Assembly: GCA_016748015.1 (NCBI GenBank)
Contig: JAAOMT010000741.1
Coordinates: 310,001 to 374,000 of the forward strand
Direction of reading: 5' to 3'
Length of the DNA stretch: 64,000 nt
Origin: Geosiphon pyriformis uo1
Taxonomy: Eukaryota > Fungi > Glomeromycota
Below are positions 52,392-64,000 of the stretch, piece by piece; within the stretch, counting starts at the first letter, position 1; each line of letters opens with the position of its first letter. The position numbers and the translations under genes were made by a program. Under the pieces are notes generated by a model that made no database searches, was not told where the DNA came from, and saw only the letters and a program-made list of their open reading frames with translations.

Positions 52392-53247
52392 TATTACAGA
52401 TAATTATTTGGAATGTTAGAACAAATAACAAACCTGTAATTTAGTGTTCAGTAACTAAGAATATTAGTAATTTCTAAAGGCTTTAAAGTCTGAAAATTTT
52501 GGTTAAGTCTTTTGTATAATAAATAAAGATTCAATTAATGGTTTTTTTCATGAATTTTTTTTTAATGTAGTGGCTGGTTTATTTTGGCAGTTATGCCTTT
52601 CTGATAAGCTATTTTTAAGTTTTCTACTCTTGTTTTTAGGTCTTTTACCAGACTATTTTTGACATTAATTACTTAGTGCTTAATTTTTTTAATCAATTAG
52701 TAAACAACAAAGAAACAAAATAAAAAAAAATAAAAAAAAAAAAAAATTAGTATTTTATTAATAGCCATGATCAAGAATTATTAATCAAATATAGTTAAGT
52801 ATTGGATTCTATTAACATAGAATATTAATAGTAATAAAAGTGATTAATATTTTTAATCAAGTAATAATAATATAAGTTTAATAATAATTAGATATTTTAT
52901 TGATATTAATATAATTTCATTTCAAGTTATAAAAAACTATCTTTTAAAGAAAAGAATAAAGTAAATAGTTATTATTAGCTACTGTTCTGTTTGAGTTAAA
53001 TATTTTTTCTGCTTTTAATACTTTTACTATATATACATAATTTATGTTATACAAGATTTTTTAAAATTTTGTAATTTTTTAAGAGAAATTTTAGAATTCT
53101 AAAATCCTGTAATTCCCTAAGAGAAATTTTGAAATTTTGAAATTCTGCAATTCCCTAAGAGAAATTCTGGAATTACTTTTTTTATTATGCCTATTTCTGA
53201 TTAATTATTTTACTTATTATTATTATTCCTAATTTTTATAAATAACA
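52392..53247 (-). repeat. Element D 5' LTR
   Basis: Matches the reconstructed 3' LTR; adjacent PBS (reverse complement tttgatgcttt). Confidence 0.85.
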
Positions 53248-56200
53248 TTATCTATATTACAAAAATCACTAAATTTACTGAAAAAAATATTAACACTAAT
53301 TCACAAAATAGCTTGACAAAGTTCAGAAAGCAAAAAATATAAATGAATAAAATACAGTAAAAATGTTAAAAGCAATTCCATATTTTCTTTAAAAAACAAC
53401 AAAAAAATGGTTTGAAAACTTGGCCAAATTCTTCAAAAACTAACAAACATTCAAAAATGTTTTTTTAAAACAATTTATTAACAACAACATCTCTATTACT
53501 CTCTGAAATCACTTTTGCAATATCAAACAAGAATTATCTAAAACCATTATAACCTATTTTGGGAAGTTTAACAAACTTTTTTGACAAATTTAACAATTGA
53601 AAACCAATAACTACTACTTTAATATTCAGATTTTGAATCAGTTTATTGCAAAATTAAAAGATAAATTAATCAAAAAAGTTGTCTTTATGCATCAAAGAAT
53701 TTAGCCATTGTTATTTTGCATGTTAAGATTTATAAAATGGCCATAGAAGAAGCCAACTGCACCAAATTTGTCAATCTAGCTATAGAAAAAACCAACTTTA
53801 CAACTGAAAAAAATAGACCAGCTTACAAAAAAGGTTAAAAATTACTTTATCAATCAATAACAGTAGCAACAACAAAGATATTAATTACTTTAACAATGTA
53901 ATCTAAACAACTTCTTATCATTATCAAATAGCCAAACTCAAAACTGCTATTATTGTGAAATTTCAGAACACTGAAAATAAGATTGCAGAAAGCTATAACA
54001 AGACCAACAAAAATAAAATAATCAATATTATTTTTAACTCCAGCAGTTATATTATTAATTTTTATTATTAGTCTATTATTTATTAAGATTTCAACATCAA
54101 AACAACTACTACCAATTTGTTTTACAACCAATGTTACAATAATATTAACAATTTCCACAGATTCAATATTATCAATTATTATTTACATAACAATACTAAG
54201 TACTAACTCAAAAATTGATCCAACAAGACCAATTTGCATCACAAAATCAGTTTTTTAATAATAATAGATTCAATTCTAATAACTAATTAGTTCTTTAAAC
54301 CCAGCACAGTAAAAGTTTGTATATTACCACACTCAACTTAATTACTTTACAATGTCAAAAGAGTCAAATTTTTAACAAACTGCATTTTTGAAAATAAAAC
54401 TACAGCACTAAAATCAAACTTTTTCAACAATACTATCTTACTAGCCCAAATTGCCAAAAATATTAACCTTTTAGATACTTTTTTATTCAAATTTAAAACC
54501 AATAAATCACTATTCTTATTCAACAATGTAATTATTACTAAACAAAAAACAATTACAATAATATATACTAAAGCTAAAATTAAAGGAAAACCAATTTAAT
54601 TGATTCTAAACAATAAATCTGCTAAAAGTATTATTACCTATCAACCAATACAACAGCTTTAATAAACTGTTAAAATATTTGCCCAAATGATTATTGTTAT
54701 CATAGATGATATAAAAAAACTCTAATAGAAGAAATTAACAATTTCTTTTTTACTATTAACAAAATTATCATTCTAATTAAAGTTCTTATTATAGATATAC
54801 TCCAATATCAAGCTCTTGTCAAAAATAATTGGCTTCTTAAAGTCAATACAAACTTAGACTAGGAAACACAAGAATTAAAAATTTCATACCAAGAACAATA
54901 TACTTGAGTACTTATTATATGTAATACTTTTAACTAATAATTCAAAAAAGCTTTAGTGTTCAAATTTAAAGAGAAAAAAGAAATGCCAATTATTAAAACA
55001 TATATGGCTCTTGAATTAACATCTAATTAGACTAAAAAAACAAAGCAAAAAATCTTTAAGAAAACCAAAAGATAGAACATTGTTTAATATTTTACACTAG
55101 AATTATAGAAACAACTATCTTATGTTTTATTTAAATGAAAAAACTACAACAAAAAACTTTTGTCAATGAAAACATATATATTCTTAGAAAAAAAATATAA
55201 AACACACACTTGTTATTTTTGTAAAACATGTTATAAAGAACAATTTGAATATTTCAAATAAAATAAAAAATGTGACAATATTTTTTGTTTTATATGTAGA
55301 AAAATATTACCAAAAAATACAACTGGATTAATATTGCAATGAAAAAAAAAGTCTGTGATTAAATCTGTCAATATGTATTTTCAATTGTGGAAAAAATAAA
55401 AAGAGAAACTCTTTTTAATATAGTATATAATAGCATTTTTAACAAACTCTATTATTATTTATACAATGCTGAAATAATCTATGAATTAGTCATGGTTTTA
55501 ATTAATAGAAAAAACCAAAAAGATGTATGCCAAATGAAAAAAGCATAATACATTAAATATATAATAGAATTAGCTGAATTTGATTATGAAAATAAGGTAG
55601 AAATCTATTACCAAATTACAAGTTATGCCTATTTAACCAAAGAAGTTCAAATTCAATAATTAAAACAAATAAACATTCAATTATGTGAAGAATGTATTAT
55701 GTTTTATAATGACTAATAGTATTTAGAATGCTATGCTCTTAGCACTTTTCTGCCCAATAAAAAAAATAAACATAAAATTAAATTTAGAGAATCTGAACTA
55801 AAAGAAAAAATTGTAATCACATCAATTTACTTGGTCAAAAACCAGCCTATTATACAACTTAAATATTTTGACAATGATAATCAAGAGATCAAACCAAAAA
55901 AAACTCATGAAATTGATGTTGAATATAATCTACAATATCTTAACAAAAACATTTTGATTCTTTAACTTAAGTCTTTAACAAAAATCAATTTAAGAATTGC
56001 TCTTAAAATTTCACCAAAAACAATGATTTAAATTGCTTTTCAATCATCATTGATAAGCAAAAAAATCAACTTTAAAGAAGAAATCATAGATGTAAAATAC
56101 ACTAAAGATATTATAATTTTGTTATAAAATGAAACCAATAAATTATTCAAAATTGAGCATGCTAAAAAAATTGTTCAAGCAATCTACTTATTCTTAATTA

Positions 56201-57080
56201 ACATTTTGGGTTTATAATTAGGAAAAAGTAAAAAAAAAACCCAAGATTTTGGTTCAACTGAACAATTTACAGTTTTAGTAAATATAGTTTTCAATGTACA
56301 AAATAAATCTTACTAGATTCTTTGACTTTTTCAACCAATTACCATTTCACTTTTTGAAGAATATTATGAAATCTACACTTGTTTAAAGCTTACTACTACT
56401 CAACAAATCTGTTTAAAACATGAAATTTCAATTCCAAACATTTATATTCCAAAAAAAATAAAGAAATTTTCAGTTATATTTTACAACTCCATTGTTTTAT
56501 TAAATAGATTAGAAATTGGAATTATACATAGCAATATTTTTCAAAATAAAACCCCTCAAATTGTCTTTAATTTCATTAAAATTGTAAGATATATACTATT
56601 TCTGAATCCAAATATCAGTTCTACTATTGAAAACTATCACATTTTAGAAGAAAAACTTTCCCGAATTAACATGAGTCTCTTGGAATCCTAATAACAAAGA
56701 CAATTAAAACAGTTGATTACTGAATATGCCAAAAATAATAATAATCTTGAAAAACCAACATTGTACAGCATCAGATCCATACAAAGGATGCTCCACCAAA
56801 ACATCAACAAGCCTACTGGATTCCACCTGCTAGCCACCAATTCATTAGAGAAGAAGTTCAACAAATGTTTAATAATGGCCTTATCCAACCATCAAGAAAT
56901 ACTTTTGTTGTGCACGTTCTTATATTGCTTCTACTACTTTTAGCAATCATTTTAAAAATGTAAAAAAATGCGTCTTGGGATTTATATGATAGTTTTATAT
57001 ATATTACAAGATTTATTATTTATGTATTACAAATTTTTATTGGATATGAATGTATAGTAAATGGGGTTTTACAATTTCTG

Positions 57081-57085
57081 ATTGG
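57081..57085 (-). promoter_or_regulatory. Possible CCAAT box upstream of NDUFB11
   Basis: CTGATTGGTT ~140 bp upstream of the ATG; CCAAT-binding (HAP) complexes regulate fungal respiratory genes. The motif is short and weak evidence. Confidence 0.3.
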
Positions 57086-57223
57086 TTAAAATCATTTATC
57101 CAAAAATAGGTCCACTTTGTTTATTTTTAAATATTATTTACTCTAAATGGTTAGTCAACATATAAATTACATATTGAACCTTTTACAGAAAATCGTCCTT
57201 TGGTAAGATTCAAGACGTTCACA

Positions 57224-57973
57224 ATGGCGTTAGTCACAAGCGCTGCACGCTATTTATTTCGGGGACAAAAACATCCAAATCACTTATCTATGAGACGTCC
57301 TGCCCTTGTCTTTTCCAGTTTTTCCCTACAAACCCGTAATGCTGGAGGTCATGGCCACGACTCGCACGAGCCTGAATTCTATGAACAAACTAGCAACTTA
57401 TTTGGGGAAAAGGTTGGAAAAATATGATAAAGGCTCAAATGAAGCTACTTAAAAATAGATATAGTGAGATATTTTTGCATTTTTAGAAAGCTTATTGCCA
57501 AGTCTTTTATTTTGACCCGTAATCTAACTGGAAATTCGATTATTTCAGTCCAAGCTCATTATTTTGATTTAATCATCAAATTTAGGAATATTATTACATC
57601 CCTTCTTAGCAAACTTCCATCCACTTCTCTTTAAACTTGCTCGTTTTTCATCGAGGCATTGTATTTTATCTCAATATATAAAACTGATCCCTTAACTAGC
57701 CTCCACCACCAGGGCAAAAACGCGTCAAGGAAGATTGGGAAAATGTCTGGGTCTATGGGTGGCTAACCGCTGGCTTCGTTGCTTGTGTGACTAAATATTA
57801 TTCACCATATATCAGGTCAATAGAAAAATTCTTTTTAATGTGGGTATTATGATTATTTTATCTGGAATTAAAAAAGAATTCAACATATTTATTCTCATAG
57901 CATGGATGAGTGGGCCGAGAGAGAGGCAAAAAAACGTATGGCAGAACGTGGCGAAAAATTCGAGTACGACTAA
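57224..57973 (+). CDS. NDUFB11: NADH:ubiquinone oxidoreductase ESSS subunit, 125 aa; exons 57224-57412, 57700-57815, 57901-57973
   Basis: Arg/Ser-rich presequence, then LFGEK-PPPPGQKRVKEDWENVWVYG, one TM segment and WAEREAKKRMAERG; GT-AG introns keep the frame. Confidence 0.9.
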
Positions 57974-58276
57974 TACAATCCGCAAGAAAATCAATTGTGA
58001 ATAAGACACGCCTATTTATCTCACGGAATATTTATTTCTAGTTGAGTAGGCTGTTGGCAAAATTTGAGGGCTCGACTAAACAAGTTGTTTTGGAAATCTA
58101 ACTGAACTTAAAAACGCTAATATTGAGAGGATTCAACCATTAATTGATTAGTTAATTACTTATGAACAAAGCTCAAGAGTCTGAGTGCCAATATGAATCT
58201 CGTATTAAAGGTAGAATTCTTATCAATGTGATGTGATTGGTTTGCTGAAGAATTGACCAACACCCAAAAGATCTTT

Positions 58277-61200
58277 TCATAGTACACCATGTATACATGC
58301 CCCAAAAATACAATTATCCATTATTGATAGCACAGGAATGAACGAGATTGCAGATATCGGATTGGTTTCAAGTGATTGATATGATAATATTTTTTGCAAA
58401 AGGCGAGATTTGAAAGCTATTTTCAAAAGCGATAAATATGTGAACCAAATAAATGTGACGTTGAGACTCGATTCGAAACCACATACCTCTTTCTAAACTG
58501 TTAGCGTTCGACTCTATTATAAATTTCTCCGAATAAAATACTCTTACAGAAACAATGTTGGTCCACGGTTGATTATTTGGATGATCAGACTCGACCGCCT
58601 TGAGAATACCCGTTATTAAAATATTGATGAGCGACCGAATCGAAATGGGATCATCTGATTTAAAATAAATTTAAAAACATTATTTTGAAAATAATGGAGA
58701 ATTTAAACAAAAAGCTCAAAACTACACCATTTAGTGATGATAATTTCACTTTAACAACACTTGTGATTATTGGGTGCAGATAGCAAGTGGTTATGGTGGT
58801 CATCGTAAGGTCATCTGTGATTATAAATTGCTGGGTCAATGGTTGGTCTTTTGGTAGATTGTCATCTTGCTCAAAGTCTTCATAATGAATATTCCCTGAT
58901 GAAGATGAAGGTGAATGTACCAACACCTGCCACTCGACTTTTGCAGCACGAGGCAACGAGGGAACTTTAAGATATAACAGAGGAATTTTTGAAGGTATCA
59001 AATTGGCCGAGAAAAGCTATAATAATGGGAAAATTCTTATTAAATCCAATGAAGCATCAATTAATAGTATTCTCGCAAGTTAAAATACCTTATCAATTTG
59101 AACATCTTTGTCCCTTTGATCAGCCTTCGAACAAAAGATATTCCACGCTTTCACAACACTTGGAAATGCGTTGTCATCATCTACGAAACAAATACAAATA
59201 ACCGTCGATTTCCTTACATCTAAATTAATCGCAGTAGCAATATTTTCTAAATTGCGGAGCGATAGACCAATTTGCACAGTGAGAGAATCAAATTGGTGTT
59301 TTTGTTGAGGGCTTATCAGAAAGTTTGATAAATTTTCAGGTGGGAATTGCAACGATGATGGGATGAGTCCAATTTGGCCCGCAATGTATCCATGATTCTG
59401 TAACTGTTGCTTTGATTAATTATCATATAGAGAAAAAAAGAATTAATTTCATAAGATCAAAAAACTTACAATTATCGCTTGCGAATATGGTCCAATATTA
59501 GCTGGTGCCCAATATGAGATGCTCTGGACATGCATAACTTGTTTGAATGAATCTCGGTTGTGATTAGATATTGTTTTGATAGCCGTTAAGTCTATTTGCA
59601 ATCTGAGCGGCGAAGGTAGGTTTGCACCCACACACGCTCTATACGTTGGATATGAATAGTTAACATAGCTAAATGCCTTACCTAAAAAAAGCTCAAGCGC
59701 AGAAAAAGCTTGAATAAATACCGCGTGGCTGGATTAATATCAAAAAAACTCTTATAAACCTTATTCATTGCTATAAAGTCACTCATATTTTTAATGAAAA
59801 CATTCATGTTAACAACCTCTGACCAGGTTAATCCTAATTTTTCCAAACGATCTATAAAACCGGATATGCATTTAATTTCATAATACCTTAGGGGATAAAT
59901 TAATATATATAATTTTTAAGACACTTTAACCTTGAATATTTAGCATACAAGCTCGAGTCTCTTCTTCGATTGTTGGAAAAGACATTTTTTCAATAAAAGT
60001 AGATCCATCGTGATAAGCTGTTATGCCTGATATGGCAAAGTAAGGGGACTTTGCGTAGGCAGTAAAGGGATCTATTGAATAGATATGAATTTAATTATCG
60101 GAATACATCAAATGGTAGTGATAAATTCAAATATTGATGAACTTGTGCCTTCAATTTGGTTGTCCTCTAAGTCGACATCTTTGGGGAAATTAAAGGATAT
60201 TTTCAAGGATTTTTTCGATAATTTTAAACTTTCTTCTGATGGCTGCTCAAGAATGTTGAAAAATTAATCAATTTTGACTTTATAAAGGTTTTGATTTGCA
60301 ACTACTTACCAGGATATTTATTAAGGACAAAAGGTTGCTAATGTCGAATTCCCAAGAAGGCTTCTCAATTTCCAAAATTTGCGCAAAATTAGATGGGGAT
60401 TTTTCTTTTAATGCTAATTTTTTGATTCGGAGATATGCCACAGGAGCAAATGCATCGTCCGAATGAATGATTGTTTCAGTCTCTTCGCTAATCAGATTTT
60501 GTTTAAGAGTAAAGCATGAAAAAGACTTGATAATTCCTAACTATATTCACTAAATTGAACTCACACTCTAAGGCTTTTGACAAATAATGGACAATCCAAG
60601 GTGAGAGTTTCATATTCGCCGCCTTCACCGCAAACATGAACGTCATATTTTTTATTCTGGTTCATTCATAAACATAAGTTAATCAATTGCAAAACTGTAG
60701 ATTGAAAGAATATAAGAAAAATTCGAAAAAACTTCATGACAATGCTCATATAGCAAACTGACGATATTGCACAAGTATGAATACATTTCTCCTATTGATT
60801 TTCCGAGATGCAATGGCTTCAGGCCTAAAAGGAAAATAACCAAAGTTTAGCATAGATCAAATTGATACTAAAAGTAATCAAATTGTGAGGGTGTTATATA
60901 ACCCATTGCTGCGACTTTTATCATAATTGCATCAATTTTGGCCTCGATCATCTCCTTCAGCAATTCTTTCTGATTTCTGCGCCAGAGGTATGCCAACGAC
61001 ATCAACTCCAATCTATCGCATCTATGCCCAAAAAGAGAAAAATAAATAATCATGAAAATTGAATTTATATATTAAAAAATAAACCTTTACACATGTTCGA
61101 CCCGCACGCGTTGGTAATTTGATAAAATAGCGCCTACAGACACTCCTTGTAATTCTGGATGTTTTTTCTTATGGATCAAAAATCCAAACAAAATTTATCA

Positions 61201-61660
61201 AGGTTTCTTTTCCATGCCAATTACCATGAGTATTTGATTTCATTCTTTTCATAACCCACCTTTACATCATTTAGTAATTCAAACAAGTCTTCGGTTTCAT
61301 CGCCTTTTGTGATGTGATATTCTGGACCAGTGAAGACGGAATTTCCGAAAATCTGACGGCGATAAAGTGGAAGACCCATACATTCCGCGTAATATTCTAT
61401 GGCTTCATGACCCACCGTTTGGTAGAGGAAGCTGTCAAGTTCATCTGAAAAGGATTATGCTGAATCACACTTCGAAGATTGTGTCATGAAAAAATTTAAA
61501 GCTAATGATTTTGATGAAGTATGATTTCTTATTTACCTTTATTGGATGAATCTGGTGGTTTAAGATTTGCCAAAGCCACAATTTCATGTCCATTTTTGAC
61601 GCAATGCATCATATTGAAGCAACTATCTTTACCGCCACTAATTAGAGCAACGACTTTCAT
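58277..61660 (-). CDS. DPH6: Diphthine-ammonia ligase with two C-terminal YjgF/RidA-like domains, multi-exon
   Basis: MKVVALISGGKDSCFNM; ELDSFLYQTVGH; GAILSNYQRVRVEHV; SLAYLWRRNQ; HVCGEGGEYET; MHVQSISYWAPANIGPYSQA; VPSLPRAAKVEWQ; stop after GACIHGVL. Confidence 0.93.
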
Positions 61661-62650
61661 CTTTTTTGTTTTAAATTTTCTAATAGCTAATAATAATTTT
61701 CCCAAGAAACGTTTTAGTTTTTGATATCAGAAACAATATTCACACCTCAATGTAGAATCGGATTGCGGATTAATCGAGTCATATAAATTAAGGAAGCCTC
61801 ATTTGACCAAAATCTTTTTATTGAATAGTAAACAAAGATGTAATTTACAATATTGAATGATGGATTTGGGTTTCATAGTTTATATTGTTAATACGTACAT
61901 GAGAAATATTGTGCGGCGATGCCGTCTAAAGAAAAAAATTGAAGTATGAAATTAGTTCATGTACTCTGCATACCTATAACGCTACAATTTTTTAAGATGT
62001 TTAAAGCAGCACCTCAAACAGCAGGGTAAATGTTTTGATTTTGCAAGTTAAAGAAATAGACTGAAAATACAATAACAGCCACAGTTCCAAAGAAAGAACA
62101 TCAAAGCTTCCCCTTTGGGTTTTGAACTTGCGTCATTTTTTTATGGATATGACTACATAATGTTTGAGCCCTAAACCCATAATAACCTCAAAAAGCGAAG
62201 AAACAAACCTTTTAGAATATGTCAAAGGGCTGAAAAAACAGTTCTCGCCTTCAAAAATCTGTAAAAATTATTGTCTGTACATCAAAACGTCAGATAGTGA
62301 TGTAAATCTCATATGATCCGGTATTTGAACGGTGTTACTGGATAAAAAAGCACTAAAATTGACTCGCTTTTCACGCATATCTTTCAAATTTTTCTGCAAT
62401 TCCTTCCATTCGTATGCCTATCAAAATACCGGCTGAATCGGTAAAAGTCAACTTAATATTGACCTTTACAAGTAGTATATGAGCCTAATAGCTTTCTGCA
62501 AGCTTCACCGGTGTAATTAATGAAATAAATACAGAGAATATTGCATTATCGGTAAAACCGGAATTTCAGTTTAACGAGGAATCACATTTAATTTCTCCAA
62601 GACTCATAAAATTTTTGTCTGGGAAGACTCAAATACGAAAACATTAAAAA

Positions 62651-64000
62651 ATGTCACAGTTACACCAAAAGTTACATAGACCGCGTTCTGGTTCTACTCA
62701 TTCTTTGGCTGGTAGCGTGAATGGGGCAACAGTAACCTTAACTTCTACAGGCACTCAAAACTTTAGTAATGGCAACGCTCGAAGCAATATTAATGCTAGC
62801 AACCAAAGTAATTCTAATGGTCCGCTTGGTGGAAATTCACACATGTCTCCATTAAATGATACGCATGGTGAACAACGAAAACTTAATCGAGAATCAATGG
62901 CCCACGAGTTACCAACGGGACCTCCTTCGAAACCATTTCGAGATCCCACTAGTGATTCATTTTCCACGCACGCGTACAGTTGGCCAATTCTCTTTGCTGT
63001 TATACCACCAATGGGTGGATTAATCTATGGAAAATCCGAAGTTTGGAGTGATTTCCTTTTACTGCTTTTAATTGCTTTTTATTTATATAATATCATCAAA
63101 GGTAATTGATTGGATCGAGTCCTTGTTTGCGCGCTCTAGGTCAGAAGTTTATTAACCGAAATTTCATAATGTCAGTCCCGTGGGAGCTCTATTATGCCGC
63201 CAGATCGAGACGCGTGATGAATGAAAATGTGCTTACCGGGCAGACGGCAGATTTAGCCTTGGAAGCGAACCGCCTAATGGCGGCGCGTGAATTACGTCGT
63301 TTAGAGTTGTACGCGCTAGGTTTGGTGCTTGCATCACCTATATTCGGTGGCTTCGCTTTACATTATGTTAAACGTTATTTCGAGTACGACGAGTATATCT
63401 CCCATTTCAACATTTCTTTATTTGTATTTGCCGCTGGTATTCGTCCTTTGATGCACATTGCCAGCTTAGCCAAAAACCGTACACTTCATCTTCAAGAACA
63501 AGTTCATTACCCGAGTACCGAGGTAGAACTCTTGAAATCTCGTGTACAGCATCTTGAGTATGAGTTCTCGCAGTTACGTCGTGGTCTCGCCACCAAACGC
63601 GATGTTATTCAAGTAAGAGATGGAATTGAACCAACAATCTCCCAGCTCAACAAGGTTGTCAAGAAATATGAAAAAAAGGAACAATACCTTCGGACCTATT
63701 CTGAAGAAAGATTCACATATTTAGAGGCGAAATTGCGTGAATATGATAGTTTTATCGCTTACAAACTTCAGGAAGAGCAAGCCATGAGTCTACCTCGTAG
63801 TATGATGCAGGTCATATTTCTGCCTTTAAATGTAACGTTTACCGTTCTGGGATATGCAAAATATTTTTTGCCTTTATCTTTGAGGGGCAGACAAACTCCA
63901 ATGTTGGCCGGTTCCCATGCAGAAGATGAGAATATAGGAAATCGATTGCATGGAGATACACAAGAAGTTTTCACGTCAGGAAGGGATCTTCAAAAATATT
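62651..64000 (+). CDS. Conserved fungal uncharacterised multi-pass membrane protein with C-terminal coiled coil; exons 62651-63101 and 63176 to beyond 64000
   Basis: SWPILFAVIPPMGGLIYG..VWSDFLLLLLIAFYL..IKVPWELY..AR; ELRRLE; FVFAAGIRP; RTLHLQ; open to the window end, CpG not depleted. Confidence 0.85.

Larger units (their letters stand above)
27925..53247 (-). mobile_element. Element D: B-related LTR element, internally deleted (gag remnant joined to ORF3 tail)
   Basis: 5' LTR 52392-53247 with PBS at 52381-52391; 3' LTR 27925-28574 plus 50605-50804; internal region only ~50805-52391; flanks CCAC/TTAT. Confidence 0.8.
19367..56895 (+). mobile_element. Element A2: old A-related LTR element, 3'-truncated at the start of RT; hosts LINE-2w and the D-E-F-B-C nest
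   Basis: 5' LTR at ~19367-19464 plus 26278-27160, PBS tttggtgc at 27161, gag 27206-27924 resuming at 53252, then PR, Cys-rich, dUTPase (~55890-56260) and RT start (MFNNGLIQPS) co-linear with A. Confidence 0.82.

Noticed and set aside
58277-60070. YjgF/RidA domains fused to DPH6 as a novelty
   Set aside because: This is the usual architecture of fungal Dph6.

Overview
This is AT-rich, intron-containing fungal DNA. The TE proteins and gene content point to Glomeromycotina and resemble Geosiphon-type repeats from memory; that assignment is inference. Bases ~1-56,900 form a decayed, deeply nested retrotransposon island: two LINEs (ORF1 RRM/CCHC; ORF2 APE-RT-RNaseH-CCHC) and at least nine LTR-element insertions, which could be ordered from junctions and target-site duplications (TSDs). 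After a sharp boundary near 56.9 kb lie three apparently intact host genes: NDUFB11/ESSS, DPH6 and a conserved fungal membrane protein cut off by the window end. The main signal is a Ty3/Gypsy-like family with an unusual, apparently polycistronic design that recurs in three or four divergent lineages. (i) One long ORF, probably GUG-initiated, encodes Gag, protease, an unknown Cys-rich domain, dUTPase, RT and RNase H, then stops. (ii) The integrase is a stand-alone, GIN/Ginger-like ORF with its own start codon after an A/C-rich spacer. (iii) A conserved ~220-aa ORF3 of unknown function sits before the PPT. (iv) The 4-bp TSDs are all centred on CpG or its deamination products. All TE ORFs are pseudogenised by C>T/G>A hypermutation. 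Alignments were done by eye and no database searches were run.
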